Assembly: GCA_934660865.1 (NCBI GenBank)
Contig: CAKUIA010000012.1
Coordinates: 1-32,000 of the forward strand
DNA: 32,000 nt
Source of the DNA: an uncultured Opitutales bacterium
GTDB taxonomy: Bacteria > Verrucomicrobiota > Verrucomicrobiia > Opitutales > Intestinicryptomonadaceae
Direction of reading: 5' to 3'
A model generated the notes under the pieces. The model was not told the origin of the DNA and ran no database searches. It worked only from the letters and a program-made list of their open reading frames with translations. A program made the position numbers and the translations under genes. Positions 8,106 through 16,552 of this stretch are shown piece by piece (position 1 is the first letter of the stretch; every line of letters begins with the position of its first letter).

Positions 8106-8137
8106 AAAAAAGAACGCGCCCAAAAGAGCGCGTTTTT
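8106..8137. terminator. Bidirectional rho-independent terminator between convergent genes
   Basis: A6 (8106-8111), stem AACGCGC (8113-8119), loop ccaaaaga, stem GCGCGTT (8128-8134), and a T-run through 8137. The hairpin has a U-tract in both orientations. It lies between the stops at 8086 (+) and 8142 (-). Confidence 0.7.
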
Positions 8138-8141
8138 CCGT

Positions 8142-8723
8142 TTATTCTATCGAAACCGACGCTATGGGCACATATCTTAAAAGGTAAAAGCCCATGCTGT
8201 TTTCGAAGCTCTTTAGCACTTTTTCGACGTCCAACTTCCGCAACATTCTGCCCACTAAAACGCGCACGTCGTCAGACTCGTTAAAGCTAGATTTTAGCAC
8301 ATCAAAAGCGTCGGTGTCGCCCGTGGCCTTAAGGGCGGCAAGCGCATAGAGCTTGCCCTCTATATACTGCGCGTTTTTGTATACTTGCCTTATCGCTTCG
8401 CTTTGCGCTTTGGCGTCTTGGCAGTGAACTATAACCGCAAATGCCCTGCTTTGGTTTGTGGCATATTTGCCGAACTTTGCCGAAGTTAGTAGCGGCGTTT
8501 TCGCCAGAATTTTTACGGCGTCCGAAAGCGGCATTTCCTCGCTAGGATACATTTTGTCGGCGGGGGCTTTTTGAGTGGCTATAGGTTTTGCGCTTTCTAC
8601 GCTTGCGGTCTTTTCCTTATGCACAACGCCAAGCGACGTGCCCGAAGAAGCGTTGTTTACCGAGATTTGCCCCATAAGCGAAACTGCGCACATAAGCGCC
8701 GCAAAAACAAGACTATGCTTCAT
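8142..8723 (-). CDS. Hypothetical secreted protein: signal peptide, disordered linker and a helical domain
   Basis: 193 aa. N-terminal signal-like MKHSLVFAALMCAVSLMGQISV, then an S/T/K/A/P-rich linker, then a roughly 130-aa predicted helical region. A strong AAGGAG sits 6 nt upstream of the ATG and overlaps the mrdA stop region. I recognise no family. Confidence 0.55.
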   Translation of the reverse strand: MKHSLVFAALMCAVSLMGQISVNNASSGTSLGVVHKEKTASVESAKPIATQKAPADKMYPSEEMPLSDAVKILAKTPLLTSAKFGKYATNQSRAFAVIVHCQDAKAQSEAIRQVYKNAQYIEGKLYALAALKATGDTDAFDVLKSSFNESDDVRVLVGRMLRKLDVEKVLKSFENSMGFYLLRYVPIASVSIE

Positions 8724-8735
8724 ATAAACTCCTTT

Positions 8736-10649
8736 TTAGTTGCCCAAAACAAGGGCGGGTTTGTTCGAAAAATATTTTTCCATAACTGCCTTAACTATTG
8801 GCCCCGCGGTTTTGCCGCCGCTGGCGTCGCCAGGCTCTTCGCCTTCTATTACAACGGCCATTGCAATTTCGGGGTTGTCGGCGGGGGCAAAGGCAACCAT
8901 CCAGGCCAGGGTAAGCGGGCGCCCCTGCGGGCGCACCTGCGCCGTTCCCGACTTTGCGGCAATTTGCACCAAGTCGCTTGCAGCCCTGCGCGAGGTGCCC
9001 GTATTTACGGAGGCGGTCATACCCCTTACAATTTCAAGATAGTCGCTTTTGTCTATCGGTATCGGCTCGCCGCCGTGGTATTTTTGGTCGGTTATGCGCA
9101 TTGGCGAGTGCAAAATAGACGGCTTTGTTCTTGTCTGCATTCTGGCAACGGAGGCCGCAACACAAGCCATCTGAAGCGGCGTTGCAAGCAAATAACCCTG
9201 CCCTATCGAAGTATTTGCAGTGTCGCCCGAGCTCCACGGGCCCAGCAGGTTTCTTTTTTTATACTCTTTGTCGGGCACAATGCTGCGCGAAGTTTCGTTG
9301 GGCAAATCAACCCCCGTTTTTTTGTCCAGCCCGAAAAGTCGGGCCGTGTCGCTGATTGCCTCTATGCCAGCCTTTAGCCCTTCGTCGTAAAAATATACAT
9401 TGCAGCTTTTTTCCAGAGCCTGCGCCATGTCGAGGTGGCCGTGCCCCGAGCGCTTGTTGCACGGGAAGCGCCTGTTGCCTACAAGCATTGCCCCCATGCA
9501 GTTTACGGTATCCTTTACATCGAGCGTTCCCGCCCTTAGCCCCGCAATCGAAGTTAAAATCTTGAACGTAGACCCCGGCGGATACAAACCCTGTATTGCC
9601 CTGTTAAGCCATGCGCCCCTTTCCCTTATTTGCATGTCGACTTTGTTCGAGATGAAAGGCGAAAGCAAATTTGCGTCGTAGGTGGGCTTCGAAGCCATTG
9701 TTAAAATTTCGCCCGTTTTAACGTCTAGCACCACAACTGCGCCCTTGCGCTGCGCCATGGCGTCTTCGGCCGCCATTTGTACGTCTATGTCCAGCGAAAC
9801 GCTAACGGTTTGCCCTTTTTTCGGCAGAATTTCCTGCTCTAGGCTATACTGGAAACCCTTTGGGTCTACCACCCATATCTGCATTCCGCTAGAGCCCGTA
9901 AGCAGGTCGTCGAACTGCTTTTCGACGCCCGACCTGCCCTTTTTTGCGACAAAAGAATATGTGCGCAATGTTTCGCCGGGTATACCTTCGTCTTCAACCT
10001 CCATTTGCGAGCCGACAAAACCCAGAGCATGCGCCGCATACTCGCCGTAGGGGTAGCTGCGCGACGAATCGGCATATACCTGGACGGGAGAATCGACGGG
10101 CAGTTTTTCGGCCAAAATCGCGTATTGGCGCTCGTCTAAATCCTTTATTATGGGCAAGGGCAAAAGCATTCTTTCCGAAAAATGCCTGTTAAAATCGCCT
10201 ACGTCCAATTTAAAGTCGCTGCCTAAAACCGAATTTATGTAGTCTACATAGCGCTGCAAAACGCGCTTGCGCGCCGCAATGGAAAGCTCTGAAGCGGGCA
10301 TTTTAGCCTCGTCGCTTTCGGGGTGCTCTTTTATGTATTTTTTAAGCTGCGAATACTCTTTTCTAAACAAGCCCCTGATTTCGTTAAAGTAAACGACAAC
10401 CGAAAATCTGGGTTTGTTGCCGACAAGCAGCTTGCCGTTGCGGTCTAAAATGTCGCCCCTTGCCCCCGGTTTAATTACGCGGCGCAATGTCTGCCTTTCG
10501 GCCTTTTGCTCGTATTCGGAATGCAGAATAAGCTGCCTATACGCCAAAGCCGACGACAATACCAAAAACATTCCCAGCAGCGCAAAATAGAAAACCCCTA
10601 GCTTGCGCTTTTCCTTGCCGAAAGCCTCTATTTTGGGTTGGTTATCCAT
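8736..10649 (-). CDS. mrdA: Penicillin-binding protein 2 (elongasome transpeptidase)
   Basis: 637 aa with an N-terminal TM anchor. Class B PBP motifs: PPGSTFKI (SxxK), KSCN (SxN) and AAKSGTAQ (KSG). It follows mreD with an 8-nt overlap. Confidence 0.88.
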   Translation of the reverse strand: MDNQPKIEAFGKEKRKLGVFYFALLGMFLVLSSALAYRQLILHSEYEQKAERQTLRRVIKPGARGDILDRNGKLLVGNKPRFSVVVYFNEIRGLFRKEYSQLKKYIKEHPESDEAKMPASELSIAARKRVLQRYVDYINSVLGSDFKLDVGDFNRHFSERMLLPLPIIKDLDERQYAILAEKLPVDSPVQVYADSSRSYPYGEYAAHALGFVGSQMEVEDEGIPGETLRTYSFVAKKGRSGVEKQFDDLLTGSSGMQIWVVDPKGFQYSLEQEILPKKGQTVSVSLDIDVQMAAEDAMAQRKGAVVVLDVKTGEILTMASKPTYDANLLSPFISNKVDMQIRERGAWLNRAIQGLYPPGSTFKILTSIAGLRAGTLDVKDTVNCMGAMLVGNRRFPCNKRSGHGHLDMAQALEKSCNVYFYDEGLKAGIEAISDTARLFGLDKKTGVDLPNETSRSIVPDKEYKKRNLLGPWSSGDTANTSIGQGYLLATPLQMACVAASVARMQTRTKPSILHSPMRITDQKYHGGEPIPIDKSDYLEIVRGMTASVNTGTSRRAASDLVQIAAKSGTAQVRPQGRPLTLAWMVAFAPADNPEIAMAVVIEGEEPGDASGGKTAGPIVKAVMEKYFSNKPALVLGN

Positions 10650-11172
10650 GCAAATCCAGGCTAAGCTCCATTTTTAACGCCATAAAAAGCGACTTGTTAA
10701 ACGAGTACCAATACGGCGCAACCCACAGCAAAAACAGCGTGGAAAAAAGATAGTCGCTAAAAACCCTTAGCGCATACGCCGCCAAGGAAACCGAATGCGG
10801 CATAAAAAACAAAACCGCCCAAACAAACATTGCTGTGTTTACAACCGCGCACACCGCAAAAACGCCGAGATTGTCTATGCTGCGGAACCTAAACGACTGG
10901 CTTTTTACGAAAACCGAAGCCGCCGCATACATGAATATAAGCGAAAAGGCGGGCACGGGCAAAAACGCCTCGCTTAGCGCACCCGTAAAGACGGCCACAA
11001 GCAGCAGCTGCCAAAGCTTTAAATAGACCGAAGGCACAAGCACCAAAATCACGGGCGCAAAAACATACACGCCCCATGCCGACAAAAAATCGTTTAGCGT
11101 GTGCAAAATAAAAATGCAGGCGACATTTACCAAAGCCATTATATACGGCCTTATGTCGAAGGCGTTTCCCAT
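10642..11172 (-). CDS. mreD: Rod shape-determining protein MreD
   Basis: 176-aa polytopic membrane protein placed between mreC and mrdA. ATG at 11172, 1 nt after the mreC stop. The call rests on position and topology rather than strong motifs. Confidence 0.6.
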   Translation of the reverse strand: MGNAFDIRPYIMALVNVACIFILHTLNDFLSAWGVYVFAPVILVLVPSVYLKLWQLLLVAVFTGALSEAFLPVPAFSLIFMYAAASVFVKSQSFRFRSIDNLGVFAVCAVVNTAMFVWAVLFFMPHSVSLAAYALRVFSDYLFSTLFLLWVAPYWYSFNKSLFMALKMELSLDLHG

Positions 11173-11173
11173 T

Positions 11174-12004
11174 CTACTTTTGCTCCACTTTGGTAAGTAT
11201 TACAACTTCGCGCAGGTCGTGCAGCGACTTCGGTAAAATAACAGTGCCGTTTTTAAACAGACAGTCGTCGTCTAAAACCAGTTTTTCGACACAGCCGATA
11301 TATATGCCCTCGGGAAAAGTTCCCGCCAGCGACGATGTATACAAAAGCAGCGGCTCTTTTTCGCTCGCGTTCAGGTTCGAAGGCACCGAAAGCGCGTTGC
11401 CCGAATACGAGGTAAACGCCTTTGCCCCACTCCCCTGGTATATAACGGGGGTTGTGCACCCGCTAAAATACGCCGCCATTCTAAAGCCCGAACTGCTCAC
11501 CAATTCGACAACGCTTTCGAACGACGAAACCTGCACAATGCGGCCTACCACGCCGTCTTTGTAAATAACGGCGTCGCCCTTTTGCACGCCGTCGGCCGAG
11601 CCGCGCCTTACGGTTATCTGCTGCCACCAGGCCGAAATGTCGCGCCTTACAACCCTTGCAACAACGGGGTTAAACCTGTCGAACGAGGGCATTTTTAAAA
11701 GCGTTTCGTAGCGCGCTATGCGGTTTTTTAAAAACTCGTTTTCCAAAACCTTTGTGGTATACGAGGCGTTTAGCCGCGCCAAATCCCTGCCGGCCTCTAT
11801 AAGCGCCCGCTTGGAATTTGCGTGCTTAATCCAATAGGTTTCCAAGTCGCCCAACTGCGAGGGCAAAATGTCTATCGGAGCCGAAAATTCGGCAAACAAA
11901 GCCTTTGCCGAATTTTTCAAAAAAGGCGGCATTAAAAAACAAAGCGCCAAAACTGCGACAAATATCGCAATATCACGCAACGCCCTTGTTTTGCCCCTAG
12001 ACAA
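11174..12004 (-). CDS. mreC: Rod shape-determining protein MreC
   Basis: 276 aa with an N-terminal TM (IAIFVAVLALCFLM), a coiled-coil-like segment, then a beta-rich domain (GDAVIYKDGVVGRIVQVS). It lies directly downstream of mreB. The only start that preserves the TM helix is TTG at 12004. Confidence 0.8.
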   Translation of the reverse strand: MSRGKTRALRDIAIFVAVLALCFLMPPFLKNSAKALFAEFSAPIDILPSQLGDLETYWIKHANSKRALIEAGRDLARLNASYTTKVLENEFLKNRIARYETLLKMPSFDRFNPVVARVVRRDISAWWQQITVRRGSADGVQKGDAVIYKDGVVGRIVQVSSFESVVELVSSSGFRMAAYFSGCTTPVIYQGSGAKAFTSYSGNALSVPSNLNASEKEPLLLYTSSLAGTFPEGIYIGCVEKLVLDDDCLFKNGTVILPKSLHDLREVVILTKVEQK

Positions 12005-12020
12005 TGTTCAGACAATAAAG

Positions 12021-13040
12021 TTAGTCGTTCTCGCTTGTCCACCAGTGAAGGTCGGTAAGTATTTTGCCCGTGCCGTTTGCAACCGCCCTAAGAGGGTCTT
12101 CGCCGACAAAGCAGGGCAGCCCGGTAACTTCGCTTAGCATTGTGTTTAAGCCCCTAATAAGCGCGCCGCCGCCTGCAAGAACTATGCCGCGGTCCATAAG
12201 GTCGGCACTGTGTTCGGGCGGGCAGTGCTCCAAAGCCTCTCTTACAACGCTTACAATCGAGGCAAAGGTATCCGACAACGCCTCTCGTATTTCCTCTGAG
12301 GTTATAGTTAAAGTTTTGGGCAGGCCCGCAACCGAATCGCGGCCTTTTACCTCCATTTTAAGCTCCTCTTCAAGCGGGTGGGCCGAACCTATGCGTATTT
12401 TTATTTCCTCGGCGGTTCTTTCGCCTATCATAAGGTTGTACGACTTTTTCATATACTGCATAATGGCCTTGTCGATTTCGTCGCCGCCAACCCTTATGCT
12501 TTTCGAATACACAACGCCCGAAAGCGAAATTACGGCAACTTCGGTAGTACCGCCGCCTATGTCTACAATCATCGTTGCGGGGGGCTCGCCAATGGGCAAG
12601 TCTACGCCTATTGCCGCGGCCAGCGGCTCTTCCATAAGGTACACAAGCCTTGCCCCCGCCCTTATGGCCGACTCTTTAACCGCCCTGCGCTCTACCTCGG
12701 TAATGCCCGACGGAACTGCAACTACAACTCTGGGGGCTACAAACTTCATCGCGCTTGAAGCTTTGTCTATAAAGTATCTTAGCATGTGCTCGGTAATTTC
12801 GAAGTCGGCAATAACGCCGTCTTTCATCGGGCGAATGGCCGTGATGTTGCCGGGGGTTCTGCCCAGCATTTCCTTTGCCTTATTGCCCACGGCCAAAACC
12901 CTTTTGGAATTGTTAAAAACCGCAACAACACTCGGTTCGCTGATAATTACGCCCTTGTCTTTAACGTACACAAGGGTGTTTGCCGTTCCCAAGTCTATAC
13001 CGATGTCGTTTGTCCAAATGTTCTTTAAAAAGCCTGCCAT
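12021..13040 (-). CDS. mreB: Rod shape-determining actin homologue MreB
   Basis: 339 aa with IGIDLGTANTLVYV, VDIGGGTTEVAVISL and GIVLAGGGALIRGL, the actin/Hsp70 phosphate and adenosine motifs. Confidence 0.95.
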   Translation of the reverse strand: MAGFLKNIWTNDIGIDLGTANTLVYVKDKGVIISEPSVVAVFNNSKRVLAVGNKAKEMLGRTPGNITAIRPMKDGVIADFEITEHMLRYFIDKASSAMKFVAPRVVVAVPSGITEVERRAVKESAIRAGARLVYLMEEPLAAAIGVDLPIGEPPATMIVDIGGGTTEVAVISLSGVVYSKSIRVGGDEIDKAIMQYMKKSYNLMIGERTAEEIKIRIGSAHPLEEELKMEVKGRDSVAGLPKTLTITSEEIREALSDTFASIVSVVREALEHCPPEHSADLMDRGIVLAGGGALIRGLNTMLSEVTGLPCFVGEDPLRAVANGTGKILTDLHWWTSEND

Positions 13041-13069
13041 AAATATTTATTTTGTTGTGTGTTTAAAAC

Positions 13070-13098
13070 ATAATCGTAAGAATTGCGGGCATTGTCAA
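13070..13098 (-). promoter_or_regulatory. Candidate sigma70-type promoter for mreB
   Basis: On the minus strand: TTGACA (13098-13093), 17-nt spacer, GATTAT (13075-13070). This is about 30 nt upstream of the mreB ATG. Confidence 0.4.
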
Positions 13099-13121
13099 AC
13101 TATATTAGAGCATTTTATTAA
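13092..13121 (+). promoter_or_regulatory. Candidate weak promoter for dsbD, with a -35 that overlaps the mreB -35 on the opposite strand
   Basis: TTGTCA (13092-13097), 18-nt spacer, TATTAA (13116-13121). ATG at 13137. Confidence 0.25.
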
Positions 13122-13136
13122 CGATAAAAGACTGTT

Positions 13137-14849
13137 ATGAAACGCATTTTTCGGATTTTAGCATTTTTTACCATGTTGTTTTGTTTTTCGGGCGTTTTTG
13201 CAGCTCCGCAAAAAATATCGGCAACCCTTTCGGCCGACCAGCCCGAGCAAATTGCGGGCGGCAATATGCTGCTTTGCGTGCAAATAGAAATTCCAAAAAA
13301 CGCGCACATATATTCGTTCGACAGGCAGTCGGCGGGGCAACCTACAAAAATAGAGCTTGCACTGCCCAAAGGCTACGAAATTTTGTCGCAAAAAATACCG
13401 CCTGCACAAAGCTTTTCGCTTTTCGGCGAAAAGGCTTTAGGCTACGAAAACACCCTTAAGGTTTTGTACGAAATACGCGTGCCTAAATTGGCAAAGCCCG
13501 ATGCGGAAATCTCGGCAAAAGTGTCGGCATTGCTGTGTTCCGACATATGTGTACCGCAACAAGTTATAGCAAAACTAAAAATAAGAGTGCCCCAACAAAA
13601 CGTGCAAAGCCTGTTTGCCGTAATAAAGACGCTTATAATACCGTCGGCGCTGGCGTTTTTGGGCGGTTTTTTGCTTAACCTTATGCCGTGCGTTTTCCCC
13701 GTAATAGGCATAAAGGCGCTTTCTTTGGCGAAAAATTCGCAAAACAAAAAGGGAGCCTGGAAGGCGGCATTCTCGTATACTCTCGGCGTTGTGCTGTGCT
13801 TTTTGGGGTTCGGCGCGGCAATTTTGGCGCTGAAAACTGCGGGGCTAAAATACGGCTGGGGCTTTCAGCTGCAAGAGCCCTTTTTTGTGGGGCTTATGTT
13901 TTTGCTGTTTTTGGCAATGGGGCTTTCGTTTTCGGGAATATATCAGATAGGCAGCAACTTAAGCAACATAAGCGCAAACCCGAAAGAGGGCTTTTGGGGG
14001 GCTTTCCTTTCGGGAATGCTTGCGGTTTTGGTTGCAAGCCCGTGCTCGGCCCCCTTTATGGGCTCGGCAATAGGCGCGGCTTTAATGGACAATTCCACCT
14101 GGCAGCTTGCCTTTTGCGTGTTTTTGTTTTGCGGGCTGGGCATGGCGTTTCCGTATGTTGTTTTGGCGGGCTGCCCAAGCCTTTTGCGCTTTTTGCCCAA
14201 AAGCGGCGAGTGGATGAATACCTTTAAACAGTCGCTCGCATTTTTGCTGTACTTAAGCTGCGCATGGCTTTTTTGGGTATTTTGCAGCCAGACAAACGCC
14301 AATGCCGCGGGGCTTTTGGGGCTTTCGGCGGTTGTATTGGCGGCGGCCTGCGCAATTTTCGGCAAATGGCAGGCTCCGCATTTTTCCGCATTTAGGCGCA
14401 TTTCGGCAAAAACGCTTTCTTTGGTTTTGCTTGTTTTTTCGGTATATACCGCCTTTTACGCCGCAAAAAAAACATTAGCCGAAACCGCAAACGAAGCTAG
14501 CGCAAACTTTCCCGCACTTTCGCAACGGATACAAACCCTGCAAAAATCGGGCAAATGCGTGTTTTTAGATTTTACCGCAAAGTGGTGCGTAACTTGCCAG
14601 GCAAACGAAAAGGCCGTGCTAAACACGGAATCGGTAAAAAGGCTTTTCGCCGAAAACAATGTCGAAAAAATCGTGGTGGACTGGACAAAAAAAGACCCGT
14701 CTATAACCGAAGAGTTGGCCAAGTTCGGCAGGGCGGGAGTTCCGCTGTATGTTTTGTACCCCGCAAACCCGAAATTGCCCCCGCAAATTTTGCCGCAAAT
14801 ACTAAGCTACGACATTGTTTTCAACGCGGTTGACAAAGCCGAAAAGTAA
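13137..14849 (+). CDS. dsbD: Thiol:disulfide interchange protein DsbD/ScsB-like
   Basis: 570 aa with a signal peptide. The N-terminal periplasmic domain has a CSDIC cysteine pair. The CcdA-type TM core has MPCVFPV and SPCSAPF. The C-terminal thioredoxin fold has WCVTCQ. Confidence 0.85.
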   Translation: MKRIFRILAFFTMLFCFSGVFAAPQKISATLSADQPEQIAGGNMLLCVQIEIPKNAHIYSFDRQSAGQPTKIELALPKGYEILSQKIPPAQSFSLFGEKALGYENTLKVLYEIRVPKLAKPDAEISAKVSALLCSDICVPQQVIAKLKIRVPQQNVQSLFAVIKTLIIPSALAFLGGFLLNLMPCVFPVIGIKALSLAKNSQNKKGAWKAAFSYTLGVVLCFLGFGAAILALKTAGLKYGWGFQLQEPFFVGLMFLLFLAMGLSFSGIYQIGSNLSNISANPKEGFWGAFLSGMLAVLVASPCSAPFMGSAIGAALMDNSTWQLAFCVFLFCGLGMAFPYVVLAGCPSLLRFLPKSGEWMNTFKQSLAFLLYLSCAWLFWVFCSQTNANAAGLLGLSAVVLAAACAIFGKWQAPHFSAFRRISAKTLSLVLLVFSVYTAFYAAKKTLAETANEASANFPALSQRIQTLQKSGKCVFLDFTAKWCVTCQANEKAVLNTESVKRLFAENNVEKIVVDWTKKDPSITEELAKFGRAGVPLYVLYPANPKLPPQILPQILSYDIVFNAVDKAEK

Positions 14850-14871
14850 TGCTTAGATTACGCAAATTTTT

Positions 14872-16119
14872 ATGGAGCATTTGAAATTTTTAACCGAAGA
14901 AAAGGCGATTGAAATCGCCGACAACTACCCGTCGCCCGCATATGTGTACGACAAAAACTCGCTTATAGCCCAAGCCAAAGCGGCGCTGGCCTTCCCCAAC
15001 GCATTCGGGCTTACGGTACGCTATGCAATGAAAGCTTCGTCGAACAAAAACATCTTAAAGCTGTTCGACTCGCTCGGCATACACATAGACGCCTCGAGCG
15101 CATTCGAAGCGCAAAGGGCGATTATGGCGGGAATTGCCCCCGAAAAGATTTCGATTTCGTCGCAGCAAATGCCCGAAAATATTGTAGAGCTAATAAATAT
15201 GGGCGTAAAGTTCAACGCATGCTCGCTTTACCAGCTTGAATGCTACGGCAAACTTTTGCCGAACACCGAATTGGGCGTTAGGATAAACCCCGGCCTCGGC
15301 TCGGGCGGAACAAAAAGGACAAATGTCGGCGGGCCTGCCTCGTCTTTCGGAATTTGGCACGAATTTATACCCCAAATTTTCGAAATCTGCAAAAAATACA
15401 ATTTAAAGATTACAAAAATACACACGCACATAGGCTCGGGCTCAGACCCCGAAGTTTGGCTTAAGGTTGCCAAAATGAGCCTTTCTACTGTTGAGATTTT
15501 TAAGGACGCAACGTGTCTGGACATGGGCGGCGGCTTTAAAGTTGCGCGCATGCAGGGCGAAAAGGCAACCGACTTGCAAAAGATTGGCGCGCCCGTTGCC
15601 GACGAAATCAGAAAATTTGCCGAAAGGACGGGCAGAAAGATAAAGTTTGAAATAGAGCCGGGAACATTTCTTTTGGCCAACTGCGCGGCTTTGGTTTGCA
15701 AGGTTCAGGACATGTGCTCGACGGGCAAAGACGGCTACGAATTTATAAAGACAAATTCGGGTATGACCGATGTTTTGCGCCCCTCAATTTACGGCGCGCA
15801 ACACCCCATTATTGTAGTTCAGCGCAACAAATGCCGGGAAACCAAAGACTACATTGTAGTCGGCCACTGCTGCGAAAGCGGCGACATTCTCACGCCGCTT
15901 CCCAACGACCCCGAAGGCCTAATGCCGCGCACGCTGGCAAAGGCCGAAATAGGCGACGTTTGCGTTATAGAGGGCTGCGGCGCATACTGCTCCAGCATGG
16001 CCACAAAAAACTACAATTCGTACCCCGCCGCCCCCGAGCTTATGCTCGAGGAAAACGGCGCAATAAGGGTTATACGAAAGCTTCAAACCCTAAGCGAAAT
16101 TGTAGCCGACGAAATATAA
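14872..16119 (+). CDS. lysA: Diaminopimelate decarboxylase (PLP-dependent Orn/DAP/Arg decarboxylase fold)
   Basis: 415 aa with YAMKASSN (PLP lysine region), HTHIGSGS, DMGGGF, EPGTFL and GHCCESGD. Substrate assignment within the family is by resemblance only. Confidence 0.75.
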   Translation: MEHLKFLTEEKAIEIADNYPSPAYVYDKNSLIAQAKAALAFPNAFGLTVRYAMKASSNKNILKLFDSLGIHIDASSAFEAQRAIMAGIAPEKISISSQQMPENIVELINMGVKFNACSLYQLECYGKLLPNTELGVRINPGLGSGGTKRTNVGGPASSFGIWHEFIPQIFEICKKYNLKITKIHTHIGSGSDPEVWLKVAKMSLSTVEIFKDATCLDMGGGFKVARMQGEKATDLQKIGAPVADEIRKFAERTGRKIKFEIEPGTFLLANCAALVCKVQDMCSTGKDGYEFIKTNSGMTDVLRPSIYGAQHPIIVVQRNKCRETKDYIVVGHCCESGDILTPLPNDPEGLMPRTLAKAEIGDVCVIEGCGAYCSSMATKNYNSYPAAPELMLEENGAIRVIRKLQTLSEIVADEI

Positions 16120-16132
16120 AAAAGGCGCGTCT

Positions 16133-16540
16133 ATGGTTGAAAGCACTTCGCATATAAGAGTAAGGTTTTCGGAAACCGACGCAATGGGCGTTGTATACCA
16201 CAGCAACTATCTTAACTGGTTCGAAGTTGCGCGCGTAGACCTTATGGACAGCATAGGAATGCCCTATAAGAATTTTGCCGAAAACAAAATACACCTGCCC
16301 GTTGTCGAGGCGCATTTGGAGTATAAACGCCCCGCCAAGTTCGACGACAAGCTTGAAATTACGGCACGCATAGAGGAAACCCCGACCGTTAAAATAAAGG
16401 TGCAATACGAAGTTTTGCGCGGCGGCGTTTTGCTTTGCAGGGGGTATACTACCCACGTTTTCATAGGCGAAAAAGGCACGCCCGTAAAGCCTCCAAAAGA
16501 GTTCTTGGAAAGGCTGCGCGGGCTTATCGGAGAGCGGTAA
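16133..16540 (+). CDS. Acyl-CoA thioesterase, 4HBT hotdog fold (YbgC/FadM family)
   Basis: 135 aa. The RVRFSETDAMGVVYHSNYLNWFEVARVDLM N-terminus is typical of YbgC-type thioesterases. Confidence 0.8.
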   Translation: MVESTSHIRVRFSETDAMGVVYHSNYLNWFEVARVDLMDSIGMPYKNFAENKIHLPVVEAHLEYKRPAKFDDKLEITARIEETPTVKIKVQYEVLRGGVLLCRGYTTHVFIGEKGTPVKPPKEFLERLRGLIGER

Positions 16541-16552
16541 CGCGCAAAAAAG

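Noticed and set aside
12064-13140. 358-aa + strand ORF covering the entire antisense of mreB. Similar long antisense ORFs occur elsewhere: 19293..20171 (-), 6014..6730 (-), 16070..16771 (-), 29265..29828 (+), 27860..28417 (+) and 25730..26269 (+).
   Set aside because: Their translations are low-complexity (S/P/A/T/R-rich) with no recognisable motifs, and each lies opposite a gene with unambiguous family signatures. Stop-free antisense frames follow from the codon bias of the sense genes. I treat them as shadow ORFs, although I cannot compute the expected-length statistics here.
14872-16119. Whether the DAP-decarboxylase-like gene is the exosortase-system-associated PLP decarboxylase paralogue rather than lysA.
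   Set aside because: It lies 10 kb and two strand switches away from the exosortase-like gene, inside a housekeeping array, and carries all the standard group IV decarboxylase motifs. Without an HMM comparison, the simpler lysA reading is preferred.
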